From positions 1 through 39,257 of the IMG/VR virus record IMGVR_UViG_3300027653_000031: a DNA stretch of 39,257 nucleotides. One strand, written 5' to 3'. The first letter of the stretch is position 1; every line of letters starts with the position of its first letter. The position numbers and the translations under genes were made by a program. The stretch comes from a virus. Its lineage: Duplodnaviria > Caudoviricetes. Shown here piece after piece: positions 7,120 through 14,350 of the stretch. The notes beneath the pieces are model-generated. The model searched no databases. It saw only the letters and a list, made by a program, of their open reading frames with translations, and was not told the DNA's origin.

Positions 7120-8749
7120 GCGGAATCAATCGCTCAGCAATCGCCTCGATAACGTTTACCGTGACGGCATTGCCCGCTTGCTTATAGCGTTGACTGTCCG
7201 ATATACCCGCTTGCTTGACAGCTTCATGCGCCTCGTCCGGAAATCCTTGAAGTCGCCAGCACTCAAGCGGCGTTAATTTACGGATACGGTACTTCTGAGG
7301 ACTCTCAACTCTAAGCGGAATATGGCCGCCACCTGCTCCCATCGCTTCGGTCAAAGTAGGGGAAATGCTTCCGTCACCTTTGTAAGCGTTCTTTTGCGTG
7401 CCTCCGATAACCATACCGGATATATTCGATTGTTCCTCCGCAATCTTAGGCTCGCGATGGCCGCCGCCCATTGTCGTAAGAGTTGGCGATATGCCGTCTG
7501 TAGAGTAAGTACGCTTAATCGAATCGTTACCTTTTAGGTCGACGTGACCGAGCATTTGCGGTTCGGCTATTCGCATGGGGTCTTTATAGTCCCGAGCAGC
7601 CACCGTCCTCCCTACGCCTTCATCACTGAACACGTTGAAATTACCGTGTCCCGTCCGCCCCATATTGCCTAGTACGTTTATTTCGCTTGGTTCAATAGGA
7701 GGCTCTTGCGCTTCCAACTGCGCAACCAACTTCGCCGTCTTTTCTTCGTCGAGATAATACTTCTCATCGACATTACTTTCGAGAATATCGCGTAATCTTG
7801 TCGTTACATCGCCTTGCTCGGGCCAGTCGAAATTGAATACGTTCGCCCATTCGCCTATACGTCGCTTTCCTTTCGGTACAATCGTCTGCCCTGTCGTCGT
7901 TTCTTCGCTGAACGGCTCGGAATCAATTAAATCCTCGCGGATAGCGACGATAAAGATACGCTCCCTATTCTGAGGTACGCCGAAGTATTTCGAATTTAGT
8001 ACGTCGAAGTCTACGATATATCCGATTTCGTTTAATGTTCCGATCATCACGTCAAGCGTTCGCCCTTTATCGTGATTGACTAAGCCTTTTACGTTTTCTA
8101 GTAGTAAGACTCTCGGCTGTTTCTCCTTAGCGATACGGGCAATCTCGAAGAATAACGTACCGCGCGTATCCTCGAAGCCCTTACGTTTGCCCGCCACGCT
8201 GAAACTCTGGCAAGGAAATCCTCCCACAAGTAAATCGTGGTCTGGCACGTCCTTAGCGTCAATCTGCGTAATATCGCCCGCCGGCTTATGTCCGTAAAGT
8301 GTTTCGTAAGCCTGCGCTGCGAACTTATCAATTTCGGAAGCGAATACGCATTGCCCGCCGAAATTGTTTAACGCCTGCTCGAAACCGCCTATGCCAGAAA
8401 AAAGGCTTGCGTATGTGAAATCGTAATGCTCGAACTTCTTAGGTTTATTAGTTGGGATAGGGTCGAGATTGCCTTCCTGTAGACGTAAAGCAATCTCCGT
8501 CGCCCATTCCTCCGCCTCTGATTGCGTAAAATCTGCTTGCTCGTCTGCGTCATAACGTTTATTTAAATCCGTCAAATTATCGCTCTCCTTTTCGTTGTCA
8601 TATATAATTACCTTAGTTTCCGTACCTCCCCCACCTCCCGCAGTTAATGTGGGCGAGATTCCATCAATTCTATAAACTCGCCTAATCGACTCATGACGTT
8701 TATCCCAAGGCCCACCACGCATTATAGCTCCTACTTCTAAATCGTACAT
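7103..8749 (-). CDS. DNA cytosine-5 methyltransferase, probably multispecific
   Basis: SLFSGIGG (I), GGFPCQSFS (IV), ENVKGL (VI), QNRERIF (VIII), RKLTPLEC (IX), YKQAGNAV (X); repeated ISPTLT target-recognition modules. Confidence 0.95.
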   Translation of the reverse strand: MYDLEVGAIMRGGPWDKRHESIRRVYRIDGISPTLTAGGGGGTETKVIIYDNEKESDNLTDLNKRYDADEQADFTQSEAEEWATEIALRLQEGNLDPIPTNKPKKFEHYDFTYASLFSGIGGFEQALNNFGGQCVFASEIDKFAAQAYETLYGHKPAGDITQIDAKDVPDHDLLVGGFPCQSFSVAGKRKGFEDTRGTLFFEIARIAKEKQPRVLLLENVKGLVNHDKGRTLDVMIGTLNEIGYIVDFDVLNSKYFGVPQNRERIFIVAIREDLIDSEPFSEETTTGQTIVPKGKRRIGEWANVFNFDWPEQGDVTTRLRDILESNVDEKYYLDEEKTAKLVAQLEAQEPPIEPSEINVLGNMGRTGHGNFNVFSDEGVGRTVAARDYKDPMRIAEPQMLGHVDLKGNDSIKRTYSTDGISPTLTTMGGGHREPKIAEEQSNISGMVIGGTQKNAYKGDGSISPTLTEAMGAGGGHIPLRVESPQKYRIRKLTPLECWRLQGFPDEAHEAVKQAGISDSQRYKQAGNAVTVNVIEAIAERLIPLIVDA

Positions 8750-8750
8750 A

Positions 8751-9365
8751 CTACCGCCCGCCTTTCGCTTTAATCTCGCTCATAATCTCGTCCACTTGTC
8801 GCTTTAAATCGTTCAAATCGCCGTCATTTGTAATCGTATAATCTACGGCAAAGATATCGACATGCTTCTCGGTATCATGCGCCAAATCCTCCTCGCTAAA
8901 ACTATCGCCCGACCGCTCGGCTCGCTCTATCCGCAAGGACTCGCTTGCCTCAACGCGTATAACAATAAATCCGTTAGCCCGCGCCCACTCATACTCGTTA
9001 GGCTGGCGCAAATCGTCGATGACTACGCCTTTTGTCGAGCGGAGGTTTTCAAATACCTTCATCGACTGCTCCGCCTGTCTTATCCATACATTCTCATCAA
9101 TCTCACGCATCTTTTGTCCGAGTTCCTGTAATAACGCCCTATGCTTGCGGTAACCTTTTATCGATCGACCGCCCTCACTAAACGGACAATCCTCATAAAT
9201 TGGTTCGTACAGATGGCTAAATAAGCGGTCTGCCATTATTTTTAAACTGTTAGCGAACGATATTTTTGCAAACTCGTATTTGAGCCATAAGTGTTCAGCT
9301 ATTGTCGATTTTCCGGAGCGCATGCGCCCGGTTAGCGCAATCCTTATCGGTTTATTCTGTGTCAT
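8751..9365 (-). CDS. deoxynucleoside monophosphate kinase
   Basis: P-loop GRMRSGKST, RALLQELG, VIDDLRQPNE, ITNDG motifs. Confidence 0.85.
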   Translation of the reverse strand: MTQNKPIRIALTGRMRSGKSTIAEHLWLKYEFAKISFANSLKIMADRLFSHLYEPIYEDCPFSEGGRSIKGYRKHRALLQELGQKMREIDENVWIRQAEQSMKVFENLRSTKGVVIDDLRQPNEYEWARANGFIVIRVEASESLRIERAERSGDSFSEEDLAHDTEKHVDIFAVDYTITNDGDLNDLKRQVDEIMSEIKAKGGR

Positions 9366-9798
9366 AAATATATACCTCCTTGCTTAATAGCTTTTGACCT
9401 CCATTGTTGGCGCCTTGTGTACGCTCATCAAGCATTACAATGTCGTCGAGAATCATGTCAAGTTTGTTATAAAACTTATGAGCTTGCGCCTGATTAGCGT
9501 CGCGTAATTCGGATAGCTCACGCTTTAATTCCGTGACCTCTTGCGCCAAGTTTGCGATAAGGTCTATCGCTGACCTATCGTTGCCCTCCTCCTCGACTTT
9601 TTCGAAGCAATCGACGTTTTTATACGCGTCCCCAATCGCCCAACTTCCGTTATCTGCCGTGTCTATCGCTATAACGTCATAATCTATGTCTACGACCTCA
9701 TAGACGCGCCCTCGTAGTAATTCCCCCATATTTGTCGGATCTCCGCCCAAATATCGCAACTTATCGCCAACCTCGATATTTACGCCTCTTACGCTCAT
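9352..9798 (-). CDS. hypothetical protein (SH3-like beta N-terminus plus coiled coil)
   Basis: ATG 9798 after AAGGAGG RBS; IEVGDKLRY..G.VYEV pattern. Confidence 0.7.
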   Translation of the reverse strand: MSVRGVNIEVGDKLRYLGGDPTNMGELLRGRVYEVVDIDYDVIAIDTADNGSWAIGDAYKNVDCFEKVEEEGNDRSAIDLIANLAQEVTELKRELSELRDANQAQAHKFYNKLDMILDDIVMLDERTQGANNGGQKLLSKEVYIYDTE

Positions 9799-9811
9799 AT
9801 TATCGTCCTCC

Positions 9812-10372
9812 TTATGAGTATTTTCGCTTTTTAAAATTAACAATACCGCTAATAGTAGGTTGAGTAACTTTAAACATGTCGGCTAATTGATATTGAGAAT
9901 ATTTCCCAGAAGAATACATACTCCTTATTTCGTCGACTTCGGAACTAGATAGCTTCGACATCCCGTTCAATTCGCCGTACGTTCTTTTATATCTACCCAT
10001 CAATTCTGCTTGAATAGTGTTTTCTTTTACAGAAAGTCCCCGTAGATTTGAAATTCTATTATCGCCCTTGTCCCCATTTATATGGTCAATACATTGATAA
10101 CTGTATAAGGCGTCAATACCGTTAAACAATGCGAATATGAGGCGATGCTCGTATACGTAATAACTCTCCCCGTCTTTGTGGAAAGCTAATCTCTTATATC
10201 CTCTACGAGTTTTAGAGGACGCTTCTTCGGCAGGTGATATATTTATCGTCTTAAATTGATTTACTTTTTTCTTTGTCCTAAAAACCGTTCCGTCTTTATA
10301 AAAATATTCTCCTGTCTCAAACCTCTTCAAGAGCCTTTTGATGATTTCTCTATCGGTGTACTTAGTATTCAT
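9812..10372 (-). CDS. free-standing HNH homing endonuclease with C-terminal HTH
   Basis: HRLI...IDHINGDKGDNRISNL...EN; GELNGMSKLS..V..IR...SQYQLADMFKV. Confidence 0.9.
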   Translation of the reverse strand: MNTKYTDREIIKRLLKRFETGEYFYKDGTVFRTKKKVNQFKTINISPAEEASSKTRRGYKRLAFHKDGESYYVYEHRLIFALFNGIDALYSYQCIDHINGDKGDNRISNLRGLSVKENTIQAELMGRYKRTYGELNGMSKLSSSEVDEIRSMYSSGKYSQYQLADMFKVTQPTISGIVNFKKRKYS

Positions 10373-11061
10373 TAATAAACTTCTACTCGCACTTTTTGTC
10401 TCCCTAATCTATAAGCCTCCTCCCTTGTTTTAACTAGTATATCTATCCTGTCCCCTCGAATATCCCCCCCAACATCTTGCGCCGTAGCCTCGAAGCTCGT
10501 GCCGTCCGCTAACGTAACTCTCACGTGACTGCCTAGCGGTATGACGTTAGGGTCTACGGCTATAATACGTTTGCCCTCGTGGTATATCGACTTGCTCACG
10601 TCAACGCCCGTAGCCGTTACGCCTGTGCATCCCGTCGGGCAAAAAGCGGTATAAAACGTGGCCTCAAACGTTTTATCTACTCTTTTTGCGCTATTATCGA
10701 CACTACCGTTATTACTACTAGACCTATTACCGTTACTAACTGTATTAACGTATCGCCCATCGGTTTTTGCTTCCTCCTTTTTAACCTCACCAAGCTCCTT
10801 TTTCAAATTCTTTACTTCTTCAGATAAATCGTTGTTTACGTTTTTTAAACGCTTTATCTCTCTTGATTTGTAGGTTAACGATTCCTCAAGACTCTTTATC
10901 TCAGTTTGATAATCTGCTGCTAGTTCTACGACGTTTTTAGGGTTTTTAGGATTATCTAGTCCGTACCTGCTATACACGTCTTTATCGTTCGAATCGCATG
11001 TGCTTAGAGCGCATATGGCGAGTGATCCTGCGACTATAGTCGATATACTGACGTTAATCAC
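10372..11061 (-). CDS. secreted or membrane-anchored 3D-domain cell wall hydrolase
   Basis: hydrophobic N-terminus, coiled coil, then TFYT..C..GCTGVTATG, IAVDP..IPLGS, AQDVGGDIRGDRIDI. Confidence 0.88.
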   Translation of the reverse strand: MINVSISTIVAGSLAICALSTCDSNDKDVYSRYGLDNPKNPKNVVELAADYQTEIKSLEESLTYKSREIKRLKNVNNDLSEEVKNLKKELGEVKKEEAKTDGRYVNTVSNGNRSSSNNGSVDNSAKRVDKTFEATFYTAFCPTGCTGVTATGVDVSKSIYHEGKRIIAVDPNVIPLGSHVRVTLADGTSFEATAQDVGGDIRGDRIDILVKTREEAYRLGRQKVRVEVY

Positions 11062-11755
11062 GCTCCTTTAATAATGCGCCTAGGCTCTCTGGGAATTTAT
11101 CGAGCGTTAGTTCCTTGACTGCTTCGGCGTAAAGCCTAAACTCATATTGTGCATCGTCTGCTGTACGTTGTCGGATAAGGTGCGCTACCGTCTGCAATGT
11201 CGCAGTCCAACGGAATCTGACGTACATACCATATGCCGGTAAGAATAAGCGGGCTTGCTCCGGTGCGATTCCGTTTTCTATCGCCTCTCTATACAAAAAT
11301 TCACCTTCTTTGATAAAGTCTTTTAACACATTCGAATAGACGCATCCTTTTGCTGTAGGAATAGGCTCGCCCGAACCTTGCTTAATATTCGCCTCGGGCT
11401 TCGAGCGCCATTCGCTCGCTTGCGGAATATAAAACTCTTCATTTTCCGTAATATATCGTCGGCTTGATTCATTTCTTGCGCCGAACTCGCTATTGTTGCT
11501 ACCGATTAAGTATTTTTCCCACTGCCGCGTTACCATCATCGGCGCGTAAACTTCGAATTGCAATACAGCATGGCGGAAAGGCGAGTCGTGTCCTTCCCGC
11601 GCCAAGAAGTCGATTAGGCGCTTGTTTTGCTCATCTGTATATTTGTCCGCCTCTTTATCAAAACTGACGCGTGCGGCATTAACGACGGTATCGTCATCGC
11701 CCATTACGTCAACTAAGCGGATATATCCTTTATCGAGTACGTTAATCTTTTTCAT
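11054..11755 (-). CDS. thyX: flavin-dependent thymidylate synthase
   Basis: VNAARVSF, GHDSPFRH, NESSRRY, GIAPEQAR..LP, AQYEFR; ATG 11755 after GAGGAGG RBS. Confidence 0.92.
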   Translation of the reverse strand: MKKINVLDKGYIRLVDVMGDDDTVVNAARVSFDKEADKYTDEQNKRLIDFLAREGHDSPFRHAVLQFEVYAPMMVTRQWEKYLIGSNNSEFGARNESSRRYITENEEFYIPQASEWRSKPEANIKQGSGEPIPTAKGCVYSNVLKDFIKEGEFLYREAIENGIAPEQARLFLPAYGMYVRFRWTATLQTVAHLIRQRTADDAQYEFRLYAEAVKELTLDKFPESLGALLKERD

Positions 11756-12014
11756 TATTCGCCTCCTCAACGTCGAAAATGCTATAAATGCGCCACAATT
11801 CATTAAATGTCATGTAGCGATATTGGCCGGTATTAAGGCGCTCTACTTTAATATCTACAGCATAACTACGTCCCCTTGAACTTCCTACACTTATTGCCGG
11901 AACACTTAATTGTATCTTGTCGCCTACTTCTAAGTCTTTTAAAAGTTTTGCGGACGTGTTCTTTTTTATTCCGACTATTTCAATCGGCTTGGATTTCATA
12001 ACAATCGTATCCAT
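11742..12014 (-). CDS. hypothetical protein
   Basis: 90-aa ORF with GGAGGAGG RBS, packed in the operon. Confidence 0.7.
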   Translation of the reverse strand: MDTIVMKSKPIEIVGIKKNTSAKLLKDLEVGDKIQLSVPAISVGSSRGRSYAVDIKVERLNTGQYRYMTFNELWRIYSIFDVEEANNEKD

Positions 12015-12176
12015 TCAATCGTCCTCCTCCACAATCTCCCATCCATCTTGATTACCGATAATACGCGGACATTCTTCGCCGCCGTCTACTGCTACGCTTT
12101 CGCACGAACACCAGCGGAAATCATGGCGATAATTTGACGTAATTATGTCGCCACATTTTAAACATTTAACGCGCAA
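12015..12176 (-). CDS. small Cys-rich protein not in the ORF track (53 aa, MRVKCLKCGDIITSNYRHDFRWCSCESVAVDGG...)
   Basis: hand-translated; TTG 8 nt after GGAGG; exactly fills the gap; CxxC..HD...CxC..VDGG. Confidence 0.8.
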   Translation of the reverse strand: MRVKCLKCGDIITSNYRHDFRWCSCESVAVDGGEECPRIIGNQDGWEIVEEDD

Positions 12177-12482
12177 TCATTCGTCCTCCCTCATAAAAGT
12201 AAAGTCATTATCACGCAATAACATCGCAAGCACCTTGCCGAGCCTATTCGCTTGTTCCTCGTCGTGATCCTCGTAAACCGCCTCGAATAAAATACCGTGC
12301 GCCAATTCATGCGCTAATACTTCTCGCGCCCTACTCGCCGGTAAACTCTCTTCAATACGTATTTTGCATTGTCCGTAATTAATTTGTCCTAGCAGCGTAT
12401 CGCCCGACGATAAGCCACGCTGATAAGTAACGCTATAATCGACTGAGCCTATGCGGATTGATTCCGGTAGTTTAAGCGTCAT
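12177..12482 (-). CDS. small HExxH zinc metallopeptidase-like protein (ImmA/IrrE-like)
   Basis: VLAHELAHG and downstream EEQAN. Confidence 0.7.
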   Translation of the reverse strand: MTLKLPESIRIGSVDYSVTYQRGLSSGDTLLGQINYGQCKIRIEESLPASRAREVLAHELAHGILFEAVYEDHDEEQANRLGKVLAMLLRDNDFTFMREDE

Positions 12483-13070
12483 CTAATCGTCCTCCTTCGG
12501 AAATCTATTTTCCCTCTTCCACCTAAAATCATCGGGGAAAGCTTCATTTAACACTTTCCTCCACGTTCTTTTATGTCTAATATTCAAGATGGTTTTCTTA
12601 CTCACTCCGTAGTCTTTTGCTAACTTAATGCAACTCTCCTCACTTTGATATATGGCTATCACATCGTCTTTCGAGATCTTGGCGTCCAGATGATCTTCGC
12701 CTGTTTTATTTCTTCCCTTCATCACCATATCTCGTGAGTTCTCTTTCGGTGTACCTAGCTTTAAATGGGACGGATTTATACACTCCGGCTCGTCACATAA
12801 GTGCATCACGTATTTATCCTCATCTATTTCGCCATAGTTAAGCCAATAAATGTACCGACTCATTCGCATATACTTATTAAATCTACGGATTACAGGGTAG
12901 TTACCTCGATGCCGTGATTTAGCGTGGCTAGTGCATATCCAGCATCCGTTATCGTCAATTCGATATTTAATAGTTTTAGGTCTTGCTCTAGGATTCGTAG
13001 ACTTATAGTTTTCTTCTATGCTATATTCCTGTTGAACCAAATCCCGCATCCCCTCTTTCTGTTTCTTCAA
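12483..13070 (-). CDS. free-standing HNH homing endonuclease
   Basis: GCWIC, VMHLCDEPECINPSHLKLGTPKEN..DM..KGR, C-terminal HTH; TTG start with GGAGGAGGTG RBS inside dut. Confidence 0.88.
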   Translation of the reverse strand: MKKQKEGMRDLVQQEYSIEENYKSTNPRARPKTIKYRIDDNGCWICTSHAKSRHRGNYPVIRRFNKYMRMSRYIYWLNYGEIDEDKYVMHLCDEPECINPSHLKLGTPKENSRDMVMKGRNKTGEDHLDAKISKDDVIAIYQSEESCIKLAKDYGVSKKTILNIRHKRTWRKVLNEAFPDDFRWKRENRFPKEDD

Positions 13071-13692
13071 GATTATGCACCTCCTCCGCGATTATTTGCG
13101 GAAGATGTTGTACCACTAATTGCGCTATTTTTTCACCTTTTCGGATAAGATACGTTCCTTCTCCATACAGACCCCCGCTATTATCTAAGCTTGTCTTACC
13201 GTCGATATACGTTAATAAAGATACGAAGTTATCCGCGCTAAAACTGTTTATATTATCGACAATAACGCCTAGCTCGCCTCTATAACCTTTATCAATCGTG
13301 CCTAACTGTATGCGTAGTTTAGTTTTAGCGGTAATGCCTGAGCGCGGACGTATTTGCGCCTCATAGCCTGCGGGCAACTCGACGGCAATGCCCGTCTTAA
13401 CAATCGCGGTATCGCCCGGCTCGATAATGATGTCCTCGGCTGCGTATAAATCATATCCGGAATCGGTCGGATGCGCCTTTGTCGGTAATATAGCGTCGTC
13501 TGATAGTCGTTTAAATCCGATCACTACTTTATCTTCGTTAAGCAATGCGTCCACCTCTCGCTCTATGTCGTTTGCTAGTTCCGCGATGTAATTACTTCTG
13601 GCGCTATTAGTTTCGGCTAAGTGTCGCAACGCCTTATTGTTTTTATCGCAGATTTCTCGGATGTACTTATTACGCAATTCTTCCCGTTTCAT
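13021..13692 (-). CDS. dut: trimeric dUTPase with N-terminal extension
   Basis: motifs SGYDL, RPRSG, GTIDKGYRGE, IAQLV, RGDAGFGSTG; ATG 13692 coupled by ATGA overlap. Confidence 0.93.
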   Translation of the reverse strand: MKREELRNKYIREICDKNNKALRHLAETNSARSNYIAELANDIEREVDALLNEDKVVIGFKRLSDDAILPTKAHPTDSGYDLYAAEDIIIEPGDTAIVKTGIAVELPAGYEAQIRPRSGITAKTKLRIQLGTIDKGYRGELGVIVDNINSFSADNFVSLLTYIDGKTSLDNSGGLYGEGTYLIRKGEKIAQLVVQHLPQIIAEEVHNLEETERGDAGFGSTGI

Positions 13693-13949
13693 ATAATAAC
13701 GTCCTCCCACTTTTTATAGCGCGCTTTTCTACGGTCAAGCATCGCCTCTAATTTTTCGATATGGCGCTGCATTTCGTAAACTACCGCCATTTCCTTTTTC
13801 ATCTCATCGTATTCCTCTAGAATTTCCTCAAGGGCGACGTATATATCTTTAGATACATAATCTCCGAAATCGTGTTTAATACTCGCTCCCCCTACAAAAA
13901 ATTCTTCGACGAGTTCGCGTGCGCTCACTTCTTTGAACGGCTTAATCAC
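13689..13949 (-). CDS. hypothetical protein
   Basis: GTG start after AAGGAGGT RBS. Confidence 0.7.
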   Translation of the reverse strand: MIKPFKEVSARELVEEFFVGGASIKHDFGDYVSKDIYVALEEILEEYDEMKKEMAVVYEMQRHIEKLEAMLDRRKARYKKWEDVII

Positions 13950-13967
13950 TGCTTATACCTCCTTTAC

Positions 13968-14096
13968 TTACCAATAATCTGATATAGCCCGGAGGCCTGC
14001 TGCGCAATCGGGACATATACCTATATCCAAACTAGCCCCCTCGTCATCCTCGTAAAATATTTCTGAACAGTTTCGACATTCGTATGCTACGCTCAT
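13968..14096 (-). CDS. small zinc-ribbon protein not in the ORF track (42 aa, MSVAYECRNC...ICPDC...)
   Basis: hand-translated; two CxxC pairs; ATGA coupling to the upstream gene. Confidence 0.75.
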   Translation of the reverse strand: MSVAYECRNCSEIFYEDDEGASLDIGICPDCAAGLRAISDYW

Positions 14097-14299
14097 ACGT
14101 CCCTCACCTCGCCCTTATCGTCGTAATAAAATCCATTGCGCCGGGCAATCGCCTCTACCTCGCTATAATCCGGCTCTCTTACGTCTGCAATGATGGCAAG
14201 CAGGCGCTTAAAATCACGCCTTATCTTGCCGTTGCGAATCCTTGTTGGATTCGAAGCACTTCGTTCTCTGATACGATTAGGATTTTCTCGCTTTTTCAT
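14093..14299 (-). CDS. small basic hypothetical protein
   Basis: ATG 14299 (MKKRENP) after AGGAGG RBS. Confidence 0.65.
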   Translation of the reverse strand: MKKRENPNRIRERSASNPTRIRNGKIRRDFKRLLAIIADVREPDYSEVEAIARRNGFYYDDKGEVRDV

Positions 14300-14310
14300 C
14301 TTATCGCCTC

Positions 14311-14350
14311 CTATTCTATATCCCCCATTTCGTGGCGTTTTTCGGGACAT
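14311..14350 (-). promoter_or_regulatory. phage-specific promoter-like motif
   Basis: TGTCCCG-N15-TGGGGGATAT, nearly the same as the copy at 26341-26380. Confidence 0.7.
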
